DNA of 64,000 nt. Source: Candidatus Multivoradales bacterium. GTDB taxonomy: Bacteria; Acidobacteriota; Thermoanaerobaculia; Multivoradales; JAHEKO01. The position numbers and the translations under genes were made by a program. Below are positions 9,509 to 18,465 of this stretch, piece by piece; position 1 is the stretch's first letter; each line of letters starts with the position of its first letter. Below the pieces are notes generated by a model. The model did no database searches, was not told the origin of the DNA, and worked only from the letters and a program-made list of their open reading frames with translations. The stretch is taken from the NCBI GenBank assembly GCA_965248055.1, contig CBDFIJ010000004.1:3200001-3264000 (forward strand), read 5' to 3'.

Positions 9509-9749
9509 GTCATCCCGACGGGGTAGGTCAAGAGGCTAGGCAGATTTCATCGTCCCAGCGGGGTAGGTTGACTAGGTTTCGTCCTCCCGGCGCGGGAGGT
9601 TGAGTAAGTTTCGTTACCCCAGAGGGGAAGGTTAAGTACATCTCGTCATCCCGGCGGGGGGGGAGGGTGTGGGGCCGGGATCTGGTTCGGATCAAGACCC
9701 TCTGCAAAATAGGTCTGCGCCGCGCGAAATCCCCTGGTGCCGGGACGAC
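9509..9749. repeat. Degenerate 32-bp tandem array ending in a CGTC-type palindromic (REP/MITE-like) element
   Basis: Units start at 9509, 9549, 9581, 9613 and 9645. The last unit GTCATCCCGGC...GCCGGGATC is closed by GCCGGGACGAC at 9739-9749. Confidence 0.75.
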
Positions 9750-9768
9750 ATTGGCGCTCCTTCTGGTC

Positions 9769-10746
9769 TTAGGGCAGCAAGTTAATGGTTGCTAGGGGCA
9801 CTAAGGTCCAACTAATCGCGAACATCAATACCGCTAGGACAGCGACCCAACGGCGCCTGGCGTCCAGCCCCTCACGCGGGTCCACCACCGGTGGATGGCG
9901 CAGGCGCATCACCGCGGTCAACCCGGCCCACACCCACCAGCCGGGCCACCACCAACCCGCGATCAGTAGCCCGAGCCAAAATATTCGGCTGGCTCTTGGG
10001 TAGTGGCAAGGGCTCAGGGCGTAGAGCGCGTGCCCGCCGTCGAGCTGCGCCAGCGGCAGCAGGTTGAGGCCGGTAACCAGTAGACCAACCCACGCGGCCA
10101 GTGCGAAGGGGTGCAGATTGACCATTTCACCGACCGGAATCGGCCCGTGGAAAGCACTCAGGACCAGTTTCACCAGCGGCGACAGTCCGGGCTGCAGCAA
10201 GCTGATCTCCGTCGGTTGCGTGGTGAGATGGACTGCCGCATAAGAGGATCGTGCGGCTCCGAACACCAAAAACGGCAGCAACACGACAAACCCGGCGAAC
10301 GGGCCGGCGAGCCCGATATCAAAGACTTGGCGACGGGTACGCATGCGGTCGCGGATGCGGATAAACGCGCCCAGGGTGCCGAGTGCCACCGGCAGTGGCA
10401 AGAAAAACGGATAGGAAGTGTCGATTCGGTAGTAACGACAGGCGACCAAATGTCCCAACTCGTGGGCTCCGAGAATGGTTAGCGCGGGAATGGAAAAGGA
10501 CAACCCCAGCCGCAACAGCGCCGGATCGCTCCACACCGCACGCACAGTGGCTATCGAGAGCCAGGGTAGCAAGCTGGTGGTGGCGTCAGTGCGTACCGCC
10601 ACCGACCAGATAGCGCCTAAGGTAGTGGTGGTGAAGGCGGTAACGGCGAATAGTCCCAGGGCAACCGCCAGCCCGGTCCAGGTTGGTCCGGTTGGGGAAG
10701 TCTTTCCGGGGGAAAACTCCCCATTCCCCGAGTCCGCAGAGGTCAT
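9769..10746 (-). CDS. Site-2 protease (peptidase M50) family membrane metalloprotease
   Basis: HELGH, GTLGAFIRI, AGP, NLLPLAQLDGGH motifs; multiple hydrophobic segments. Confidence 0.92.
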   Translation of the reverse strand: MTSADSGNGEFSPGKTSPTGPTWTGLAVALGLFAVTAFTTTTLGAIWSVAVRTDATTSLLPWLSIATVRAVWSDPALLRLGLSFSIPALTILGAHELGHLVACRYYRIDTSYPFFLPLPVALGTLGAFIRIRDRMRTRRQVFDIGLAGPFAGFVVLLPFLVFGAARSSYAAVHLTTQPTEISLLQPGLSPLVKLVLSAFHGPIPVGEMVNLHPFALAAWVGLLVTGLNLLPLAQLDGGHALYALSPCHYPRASRIFWLGLLIAGWWWPGWWVWAGLTAVMRLRHPPVVDPREGLDARRRWVAVLAVLMFAISWTLVPLATINLLP

Positions 10747-10755
10747 GGGAGTGGT

Positions 10756-11022
10756 TTAGACGCTACGTAGAAACTTGCCGGGCTTAAATCGGACTGTCTT
10801 TCCGGGCTGAATTGAGACCTCGACACCGGTGCGAGGGTTGCGTCCGATGCCACGCTTTCTTTCCTTAACTTGGAACACTCCGAAGCCGCGCAACTCGATA
10901 CGACGCCCTTGAGAAAGCGCGTTGCGCATTGCCTCGAGCACGGTATCTACGGTTGTCACGGCCTGTGCGCGAGGTAACTCCGCCTGCTCAACAATGCGGT
11001 CAACGATGTCTGCTTTGATCAC
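10756..11022 (-). CDS. HU/IHF family DNA-binding protein
   Basis: IELRGFGVF, GRNPRTG, VRFKPGK; 88 aa, GTG start. Confidence 0.95.
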   Translation of the reverse strand: MIKADIVDRIVEQAELPRAQAVTTVDTVLEAMRNALSQGRRIELRGFGVFQVKERKRGIGRNPRTGVEVSIQPGKTVRFKPGKFLRSV

Positions 11023-11276
11023 GAAATTTCACCTATTTGGGTTGGCTCAAACAGTCGGAGGTGATGCTAGCACACGGCTATTTGATCCTAACCGATGGGG
11101 CTGGCATGGGTTATGCAAACTTTGAGAATTAATAAGCTGTGAAGCGGGGAGGCCGCACTTCTTATTTTTCCATTCTTTGCGGACTCTGCGGAGTTCGCTC
11201 CCAATTCCTGCCCCGCTCTCCCGATTCGCTCGGGGGTCAAGCCAATAAATGGCTCACCAATTTTAGCGGCCTCTCT

Positions 11277-11310
11277 GAAATGCTCTCCTTCGGGAGGGCA
11301 TTTCTACTTT
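11277..11310 (+). terminator. Intrinsic terminator-like hairpin with cUUCGg loop
   Basis: GAAATGCTCTCC-TTCG-GGAGGGCATTTC followed by TACTTT. Confidence 0.65.
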
Positions 11311-11371
11311 CACGCTGGGCACCATGGCCGACTAGGTGTCACTAATCAAGTACAGTTTTGCCGGAGAGGTC

Positions 11372-12623
11372 TGACCTAGATCAAACACCTGTGAGACAGA
11401 GTCGTTAGTCGCCGAGGCTGTGGGGGATGTGGGAATCTCGTGAGAGATTTCCAAGGGCTGTGGGAAGGCAAGCGTAGCTGGCTTTGCACCAGCCCATCAT
11501 CATCCACAGCCTTGACAAGTAAAAAGGGGGCCAAGATCCTTCGGGTCTATCGAATAACCCAAAACGAAGGGAGGCCCCCAGATGCAAATCGTCGCACTCG
11601 ATCGCAGTATCTACAAGTACTACCGTGAAGACATCGTTGTCTTAAGCTCTCAGGCTCGTGATCGGCTGCGCTTGGTTGCGAGCTTCGAGCAACTACGCGA
11701 CAAGGGGATCTCGGGTGAAGAAGCAGCTCAGATCTTGGGCAAGAGTCGAGCTACCCTTTACCGCTGGCGCAAACGCCTTGAACGTGGCCCCCGACATCTA
11801 GAACCGATCTCAAGCCGACCCAAACGGGTGCGTAAGGCTGACTGGTCACCTGAACTGGTACAGAGAGTCGAAAGTCTTCGTCGAGACTTTCCTGCCTGGG
11901 GCAAGGAAACCCTAGCGCCGCTGATCCAGGGCGAGGGCTTTGAGGTATCAGAAGCCACTGTCGGGCGTATCTTGCGCAAACTAATGGATCGAGGGGTAAT
12001 CCACCGGGTACGCTACCGGCGCCAGAAGTACAAAAACTCCCGGCGTATGCGCCGGCTCCACGCTCAGCGACTGCCGAAATGGTGTCCCCGACCAACGCGC
12101 CCTGGCGAGCGACTGCAGATCGACACGCTGCATCTGGTCCCTGCTCCAGGCAAGTGGCTCAAACACTTTTCAGCCTCCTGTCCGGTCAGCCGGTGGACAG
12201 TGGGAGAGATCTATCAACGTGCCACTTCTCGCTGTGCAGCACGCTTTCTAGACAAAGTCATTGCCGAGTGTCCGTTTGACATCACCTCGATCCAAGTGGA
12301 CGGTGGTAGTGAATTTATGGATGAATTTGAGAAAGCCTGCCGAGATAGAGGCATCACCCTCTATGTGCTGCCGCCAAAGAGTCCGAAGCTCAACGGCACC
12401 GTCGAACGAATGCAGGAAACCTGGAGAGGAGAGTTTTATGAAATGTATGAGCTACCCGATACTGTCTCGGCTTTGAGACCTTACATCCAGAGATTCCAGG
12501 ACCTCTACAACACCTACAGGCCGCACAAGAGCTTGAAAAGAAAACCCCCGGCAAGGTACCTTAGAAAACTCGACCCAGGGGTCGTGCTCCCGCCAACTGT
12601 CTCAAAGGTACTGATCTAGGACA
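11372..12623 (+). mobile_element. IS481-family insertion sequence
   Basis: Imperfect TIRs TGACCTAGATCAAACACCTGTGAGACAG / CTGTCTCAAAGGTACTGATCTAGGACA; 5-bp target duplication AGGTC at 11367-11371 and 12624-12628. Confidence 0.88.
11582..12619 (+). CDS. IS481-like DDE transposase (HTH + integrase core)
   Basis: SRATLYRW HTH; QID, QVDGGSEF and NGTVER DDE residues; YNTYRPHKSL. Confidence 0.9.
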   Translation: MQIVALDRSIYKYYREDIVVLSSQARDRLRLVASFEQLRDKGISGEEAAQILGKSRATLYRWRKRLERGPRHLEPISSRPKRVRKADWSPELVQRVESLRRDFPAWGKETLAPLIQGEGFEVSEATVGRILRKLMDRGVIHRVRYRRQKYKNSRRMRRLHAQRLPKWCPRPTRPGERLQIDTLHLVPAPGKWLKHFSASCPVSRWTVGEIYQRATSRCAARFLDKVIAECPFDITSIQVDGGSEFMDEFEKACRDRGITLYVLPPKSPKLNGTVERMQETWRGEFYEMYELPDTVSALRPYIQRFQDLYNTYRPHKSLKRKPPARYLRKLDPGVVLPPTVSKVLI

Positions 12624-12628
12624 AGGTC

Positions 12629-12679
12629 TTGATAATCGTACAGGCATGGTTTATTATCCGCTTATCCGGATTAGCGGAT
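12629..12679 (+). promoter_or_regulatory. Sigma70-type promoter with two overlapping palindromic operators
   Basis: TTGATA (12629-34), 17 bp spacer, TATTAT (12652-57); ATCCG-N6-CGGAT at 12656-12671 and 12664-12679. Confidence 0.7.
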
Positions 12680-12683
12680 TGGA

Positions 12684-13706
12684 ATGAATCTAACGGCAAC
12701 ACCTGACATAGAGAATGGAATGAGCGCATCGACACCAGCCAGCGGTACGCCAGCCAGGGCGATTGCGCGCTCCGAGGCCCTCTACTCGCGTCTCGCTGAC
12801 CTGGCGGATCCGACCCGTACCCGGCTGCTGTCGATTCTGGATCACGGGTCATTTACCGTGGCCGAATTGACTGTGATCTTGGAGTTGCCTCAGTCGACCG
12901 TCAGTCGGCACCTGCGCATCTTGGTCGACGGGAATTGGGTATCCATTCGGCGCGACGGACCCCGTCGTTTCTACTCATTGTCCTTGTCCGAAGAAGGGGT
13001 GGAATCACAACTGTGGAGTCTGCATCGGCGCGAGTTTTCAAGCACCGCGACCTGTACCGCAGATGCCGAACGGATGGCCCAAGCACTGGAGGCCCGTCGA
13101 GCTCATTCTCAGGCTTTTTTCGACCGCAGTGTTGATCGCTGGGACGAAGTGCGTACCCGAATCTTCGGTTCCGATGTCGAGTTGGGCGCAGCGCTTGGGC
13201 TATTGAACCGCGATTGGACTGCCGCTGACCTGGGGTGCGGTACCGGCAAGACCACGGTTGCTCTGGCTCCGTTTGTCCAACATGTGGTCGCGGTCGATGC
13301 CAGCGCCGCGATGTGTGCGGCGACTCGTGCCAGAGCACTGAGGCATTCCAATGTGGAAGTGCGCAACGGACGGCTGGAAGCCCTGCCGATCGACGCCGCA
13401 ACTCTCGACATCGCATTGCTGGTCTTGGTGCTGCATCATGTCGCCGAGCCGTCTGCGGTCTTAGCTGAAGCAGCCCGGGTGCTTCGTCCAGGTGGACGCT
13501 TGTTGGTGATGGAGATGCAGGCACACAACCGCGAAGATTTGGTCGAGCGTATGGGACATGTGTGGAATGGGTTTGAAGCCCAACAGTTGAGAACCTGGGG
13601 CCAGAAAGCGGCGCTGCGTGAAATCGATAGCGTGCGTCTCCCAGCGCGATCGGATGTTGATGGCCCGCCGCTATTTTTGTGGATTGCCGAGCGGATCGAT
13701 GCGTGA
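12684..13706 (+). CDS. ArsR-family HTH fused to SAM-binding methyltransferase-like domain (SahR-like regulator)
   Basis: LADPTRTRLL..QSTVSRHLRIL ArsR HTH; DLGCGTG SAM motif; directly upstream of ahcY. Start could be ATG 12720. Confidence 0.88.
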   Translation: MNLTATPDIENGMSASTPASGTPARAIARSEALYSRLADLADPTRTRLLSILDHGSFTVAELTVILELPQSTVSRHLRILVDGNWVSIRRDGPRRFYSLSLSEEGVESQLWSLHRREFSSTATCTADAERMAQALEARRAHSQAFFDRSVDRWDEVRTRIFGSDVELGAALGLLNRDWTAADLGCGTGKTTVALAPFVQHVVAVDASAAMCAATRARALRHSNVEVRNGRLEALPIDAATLDIALLVLVLHHVAEPSAVLAEAARVLRPGGRLLVMEMQAHNREDLVERMGHVWNGFEAQQLRTWGQKAALREIDSVRLPARSDVDGPPLFLWIAERIDA

Positions 13707-13808
13707 TCCTCGAACGACAGAGACTGGAACGATAGAGACTAGATAGAACGAAGTTAGTAACCAGAACTGGAAATCAAGACGAAATAGATCTTAGGAGAGA
13801 CAGAGAAA

Positions 13809-15320
13809 ATGACCACCATGACTCCCGCGGTAGATTCCGCAACTCATCCGTTCGATGCTGCCCGAGAAATCAATCACGAGCCATTTCGGGTTGCCGATTT
13901 GAACCTGTCCCCTCGAGGGCGTGACGAAATTCGTTTGGCCGAGCACGAAATGCCAGGGCTGATGGCGCTGCGTGAGCGCTTCGGTGAATCCAAGCCACTC
14001 TCCGGAGTCCGGGTGATGGGCAGTTTGCACATGACGGTGCAGACCGCGGTGTTGATTGAAACCCTGGCTGACATCGGCGCCGATGTGCGCTGGGTCTCGT
14101 GCAACATCTTTTCAACCCAGGATCATGCCGCTGCAGCGATTGCGGTGGGCCGGGAAAAAGACGGTGGCAGCATCGACAACCCGCGGGGCATTCCGGTGTA
14201 CGCCTGGAAGGGCGAAACTTTGGAAGAGTATTGGTGGTGTACCTCGGAAGCTCTGCTGTGGCCTGATGGGGAAGGGCCCGACCTGATCGTCGATGACGGT
14301 GGCGATGCCACTCTGTTGGTACACAAAGGCGCGGAGTTTGAGGCTGCTGGGTCGATTCCTTCCTTTGACGCGGAAACCGAGCCAGAGGAGTGGGGCGTGA
14401 TTTTGCAGACGCTGCGCGCTGAGCTGACCAATCGACCTCAGCGTTGGACCCGTGCAGTCGAGCGTCTCTACGGAGTCAGTGAGGAAACCACCACTGGCGT
14501 CCACCGTCTGTACAAGATGGAAGAGGACGGTGAGTTGATGTTCCCGGCGATCAACGTCAACGACTCTGTGACTAAGAGTAAGTTTGACAACGTCTATGGC
14601 TGCAGGCATTCGGTGCTCGACGGCCTCAATCGTGCCACTGACGTGATGATCGGCGGCAAAGTGGCGGTGGTCTGTGGTTTTGGCGAAGTGGGCAAAGGCT
14701 GCGCCCAGGCGCTGCGCGGTCAGGGCGCACGGGTGATCGTCACCGAGATCGACCCGATCTGTGCGCTGCAGGCAGCGATGGAAGGCTATGAGGTCAAGCA
14801 GCTCGATTCGGTGGTGTCCGAGGCCGACATCTTCGTCAGCTCGACCGGCAACCGTGACGTGATCACTGCTGAGCATATGGCAGCGATGAAGGACAAGGCG
14901 ATCGTTTCCAACATTGGACACTTCGACAACGAAATCGATATGGCGGGTCTCAAGAAGATTCCTGGAATCGTGCGTCAAGAGATCAAGCCTCAATTTGACG
15001 AATGGACCTTTGAAGATGGTCACAGTGTGTTGATTCTGGCGGAAGGTCGGTTGATGAATTTGGGTTGTGCCACCGGTCACCCGAGTTTCGTGATGTCGAC
15101 CTCGTTCACCAATCAGGTGCTGGCGCAGATCGAATTGCACGTCAATCGTGGCAAGTACCAGAACCGGGTGTATGTCCTGCCCAAGCATCTCGATGAGGAA
15201 GTCGCCCGGCTGCACATCGGTCAGTTGGGGGTTGAGTTGACCGAATTGACGACCGGTCAGGCGGACTACCTGGGGATCGATAAGGACGGTCCGTACAAAC
15301 CGGAGCACTATCGTTACTAG
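13809..15320 (+). CDS. ahcY: Adenosylhomocysteinase
   Basis: [47 protein letters not shown], terminal YRY. Confidence 0.98.
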   Translation: MTTMTPAVDSATHPFDAAREINHEPFRVADLNLSPRGRDEIRLAEHEMPGLMALRERFGESKPLSGVRVMGSLHMTVQTAVLIETLADIGADVRWVSCNIFSTQDHAAAAIAVGREKDGGSIDNPRGIPVYAWKGETLEEYWWCTSEALLWPDGEGPDLIVDDGGDATLLVHKGAEFEAAGSIPSFDAETEPEEWGVILQTLRAELTNRPQRWTRAVERLYGVSEETTTGVHRLYKMEEDGELMFPAINVNDSVTKSKFDNVYGCRHSVLDGLNRATDVMIGGKVAVVCGFGEVGKGCAQALRGQGARVIVTEIDPICALQAAMEGYEVKQLDSVVSEADIFVSSTGNRDVITAEHMAAMKDKAIVSNIGHFDNEIDMAGLKKIPGIVRQEIKPQFDEWTFEDGHSVLILAEGRLMNLGCATGHPSFVMSTSFTNQVLAQIELHVNRGKYQNRVYVLPKHLDEEVARLHIGQLGVELTELTTGQADYLGIDKDGPYKPEHYRY

Positions 15321-15349
15321 TCCGCAGGTTTAGCGGCACTGCTGTCTAG

Positions 15350-16665
15350 CAGCCTGCTGAAAAACGGGCAACGGAGCTAATTTCAGTGGTCATAACGGTC
15401 GAAGTACTTTGAATGTGGAGACGAATCAAGGTGGCTGGCGAGTTGAGGGTGTTGGTGACCCCTTGGGTCAGCTCTTCGATTCGCCCTACCGGGTGATTCG
15501 AGCGATTTGAGGAGCACTTGGGATAGAAATTCGTCATGTTGGCGCGCTCAGATTGGCTATTCGGAGCAAGTTAAACGCTGTTGCCGCAAAAGTGAAAGAC
15601 CAACCGATGCGGGCTACGCCTCGAAACATCGGTCTGCGTTGCAGTCCGTACTGTTTGAGCCAGCCGAAGGGTGCCTCGACTCTCGGTCGTCTCGCCAAGC
15701 TGATCTCGTAACCTGCGTGGCGAGTGGTGCGTCGGTCAATCCGGCTGCGGCGATTCTTGGTGCTTTGCGCTACGTGAGGTGTCGCATTCAGCTTCCTCGC
15801 ATTCTCTACAAACGCTCGGTTGTCATAGCCCTTGTCAGCACCCACCGTGACGCGATGATTGCTAGCCCGCTGCTCCAGCATGGCCAGAGCCGCTGTTGTC
15901 TCACCGTTGCCGGTGACGATGTTGACCTCGGTGTTGACAATCATCCCGTGCCGGTTCTCGACCAGAATGTTGCCCCGGTAACTTAGTTTTGCTTCCTTAC
16001 CACGGCCTTTTCGCGACAGCCGAGACTCGGGGTCGGTCGTCGAAGCGTGCGTTTGGTTCAACCGCTTCTGGCCTCGGAAGTCCGCTCCACCGTCCAGAGG
16101 TTTAACCTCTTCGTCCTTTGGCCGAAAGCTCTTGTGCGAAGCCCAAGCCTCGATCAGTGTGCCATCAACGCTGAAGTGATCCGGTGACAGCAGATCACGG
16201 TCCTCGGCTTGAGACAGCACCGCTGCAAACAGTTCTTCCGCGATCGAACCTTCGAGCAAGCGCTCTCGGTTCTTGCAAAACGTCGTCGCGTCCCACACCC
16301 GCTCGTCGATACCAAGACCGACAAACCAGCGAAATAGAAGGTTGTACTCAAGTTGCTCCATCAGCTGGCGTTCACTACGCACGCTGAAGAGCACTTGAAG
16401 CAGCAATGCGCGGAGCAGACGCTCGGGGGGAATCGAAGGACGACCACTCGAAGCGTAGATCGTCTCAAAACGCTCCGATAGCTCTCCAAGAGCTTCGTCC
16501 ATCAAACTTCGGATCCGCCGCAACGGATGAGACCGAGGAATTCGCCGTTCCAGGTCAACGTAGCTGAACATTGATCCCTGACCTTGATCCGATCCACGCA
16601 TCAAAACCTCCTATTCCCAATTATAGAATCGTTATGGTCAGGTGGTGGGGTTTTTCAGCAAGCTC
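15350..16665 (-). mobile_element. IS5-family insertion sequence
   Basis: TIRs CAGCCTGCTGAAAAAC / GTTTTTCAGCAAGCTC (14/16 match); CTAG on both flanks (15346-49, 16666-69). Confidence 0.9.
15534..16604 (-). CDS. IS5-family transposase
   Basis: GRPSIPPE, SERQLME, VDGTLIEAWAS, ADKGYD, RPRVEAPFGWLK. Confidence 0.93.
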   Translation of the reverse strand: MMRGSDQGQGSMFSYVDLERRIPRSHPLRRIRSLMDEALGELSERFETIYASSGRPSIPPERLLRALLLQVLFSVRSERQLMEQLEYNLLFRWFVGLGIDERVWDATTFCKNRERLLEGSIAEELFAAVLSQAEDRDLLSPDHFSVDGTLIEAWASHKSFRPKDEEVKPLDGGADFRGQKRLNQTHASTTDPESRLSRKGRGKEAKLSYRGNILVENRHGMIVNTEVNIVTGNGETTAALAMLEQRASNHRVTVGADKGYDNRAFVENARKLNATPHVAQSTKNRRSRIDRRTTRHAGYEISLARRPRVEAPFGWLKQYGLQRRPMFRGVARIGWSFTFAATAFNLLRIANLSAPT

Positions 16666-16745
16666 CTAGAGTTCTTATTGGCGGCTGCTCCAGCCACTCT
16701 CGCCGCGGAACCTGTCAACAACTTTGAGACAGTTGGCAGAATTAA

Positions 16746-17759
16746 TTAGTGAATCGGGACAACCTCCTTGGTGCGCTGATGTTTGGGTGGGTTGATCCAG
16801 ACGGCCCTCGGTAATAGCTGAACGGTCGGTCTTCCACGGACAAATCGCTGTGGGTTGTTTCGCCAAGCTTGGTCAAGGGCCAGTTGACGGATCTTGAGCT
16901 TGTGGTCGGCCTTGCCGCAGTGGACATCTTCGGGTGTCAGCATGGCGATGCCGGCGTGCCGGTGCTGGGTGTTGTACCAGCGGAAAAACGAGCGGCAGAA
17001 GGCGATCGCGTCCTCGATTGAGCCGAACCGATCCGGAAAGCTCGGGTGATACTTGAGGGTCTTGAATTGTGCTTCGGAGAAGGGGTTATCGTTGGAGATG
17101 CGAGGCCGCGAGAACGACTGAGAGATACCAAGCCGTACGAGGAGTCGTCCGGTGTCCTTGGCGGTCATCGGCGAGCCCCGATCACTGTGTAGGGTTAGCT
17201 GATTCTTGGGAATGCCTTGCTTGGTTGAGGTCTCCTCGAGAAGCCTTTGGGCTAAGGCCTCGCGTTCGTGCTCGGCGAGCATCCAGCCGACCACATAGCG
17301 GCTGAAGATATCGAGGACAACGTAGAGATAGAACCACCATCCCGGCTGAGGACCTCGCAGCCGGGTGATATCCCAGCTCCAGACTTGGTTTGCCGCTGTG
17401 GCGAGTAGCTCTGGCTTGGTATAGACCGGATGGCGGCGTTGGCGCCGTCTCTCCTGCAGCGTCTTCTCAGCTGCCAGGAGTCGGTACATGGTGCGCTCCG
17501 AGCACAGATAGCGTTCTTCGTCGAGAAGGGTGGCCACCACGGCCGCCGGTGCAGCGTCGACAAAGCGCGGCCCGTTGAGTAGGTCAAGGACCTGTTGTTT
17601 TTCGCTGACTGTCAGTGCCCGAGCTGGAGTCGGTCGAGGCTGCTGAGGCTCGGTTGATCTCGGCCGAAGCCGACGATAGAACGTTGCACGACTGACGCTC
17701 AGGCTCCGGCAGGCCGGTGCGATACCGACCCACGGAGCCAGCGTCCTGGCCGCTTTCAC
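16746..17759 (-). CDS. IS3-family transposase OrfB (DDE integrase core)
   Basis: NQVWSWDIT, LDIFSRYVVGW, HSDRGS, NDNPFSEAQFKTLK. Confidence 0.92.
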   Translation of the reverse strand: MKAARTLAPWVGIAPACRSLSVSRATFYRRLRPRSTEPQQPRPTPARALTVSEKQQVLDLLNGPRFVDAAPAAVVATLLDEERYLCSERTMYRLLAAEKTLQERRRQRRHPVYTKPELLATAANQVWSWDITRLRGPQPGWWFYLYVVLDIFSRYVVGWMLAEHEREALAQRLLEETSTKQGIPKNQLTLHSDRGSPMTAKDTGRLLVRLGISQSFSRPRISNDNPFSEAQFKTLKYHPSFPDRFGSIEDAIAFCRSFFRWYNTQHRHAGIAMLTPEDVHCGKADHKLKIRQLALDQAWRNNPQRFVRGRPTVQLLPRAVWINPPKHQRTKEVVPIH

Positions 17760-18254
17760 GAGTTCTTCTCGCCCTCTGAGGGGATACCCAGCAGCCCGGC
17801 TACTTTTCTTTGCACATCGATGATCAGCTGTGCCTTGTGCAATTCGTTCTCAAGCCGAGTCTTCTCCCGCTCTAGTCGAGCAACCTTGCTTTCCAACGGG
17901 TGCCTTTTGGGTTTGCGTCCACGGCTTTTGCCGAGCGCGGCAAGCGATCCCCGTCGCCGAGCTAGGCGCCAGTTAGATAGATGAGATGAGTAGAGACCCT
18001 CCCGGCGCAACAGGGACCCGACCTCCTCTCGGCTGGAGCAAGCGTCGGCCTGCTCCAAGATCGCCAGCTTGTACTTTGCCGTAAACCGCCGTCTGGCGGG
18101 TCGAGCCTCGATCTCAGGGTCGAGCCTCGATCTCAGGGTCGGGTACCGATTCGGGGGTCGAGGGCAACTGCGCCGTCTCCCCTCCGGATCCCTCGTCGCT
18201 ACGCTCCTCGGTCGCCTTCGGCGAGACGGGCAATATGGGCTGATTCTGAAACAT
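17756..18254 (-). pseudogene. IS3 OrfA disrupted by a 19-bp duplication
   Basis: ATG 18254 reads MFQNQ...PDPEIEARP then TGA. Removing one copy of GGGTCGAGCCTCGATCTCA (18098-18116 / 18117-18135) restores the frame into ARRRFTAKYKLAILEQADAC. Confidence 0.85.
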
Positions 18255-18465
18255 ACTGAAACCTTCTTCCGCCCTCTAATTATCAGGGGGCCAAGTGTCT
18301 CAGCTACGTTGGCAGATAGGGTGTGGGTGAGCTCTCTGAGGGACGAGATTGTATCGAGTGAGGCGAAGTTGTTCGAAACCTACGGACGTAAGCTCTTACT
18401 TTCTCAAGCTCGGAGAGTCGCTCGTGATTTTCCGCGACGTGTGGCGTACTCTGATTCGGGCACTA

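Larger units (their letters stand above)
16713..18314 (-). mobile_element. IS3-family insertion sequence (orfA frameshifted)
   Basis: TG...CA ends: TGTCAACAACTTTGAGACAG at left, reverse complement TGCCAACGTAGCTGAGACAC at right; orfA/orfB overlap GTGA; no target duplication seen. Confidence 0.85.

Noticed and set aside
9509-9680. CRISPR array interpretation of the 32-bp periodic repeats
   Set aside because: Units are contiguous and degenerate with no unique spacers, and there are no cas genes in the window
11230-11260. tRNA-like 3' end (..GGCTCACCA)
   Set aside because: No T-loop GTTCRA in the right position and no cloverleaf
11337-11371. Possible orphan transposon end TGTCACTAATCAAGTACAGTTTTGCCGGAGAGGT next to IS481
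   Set aside because: Begins with TGT and looks IS-end-like, but I found no matching partner end or transposase in the window
14112-15308. 398-aa antisense ORF over ahcY (similarly 34512-35426 over pilT and 22314-23129 over lon)
   Set aside because: Typical antisense open frames of GC-rich conserved genes, with no recognisable motifs
15321-16712. Lipobox-like peptide (GLAALLSRVLIGGCSS) formed by rejoining the IS5 flanks, as a possible start of the CsgG-like gene
   Set aside because: No start codon or RBS between the ahcY stop and this segment; too short to distinguish from chance
18069-18314. 5' part of ORF 18069-18482
   Set aside because: Lies antisense within IS3; only the part after 18314 belongs to the interrupted host gene
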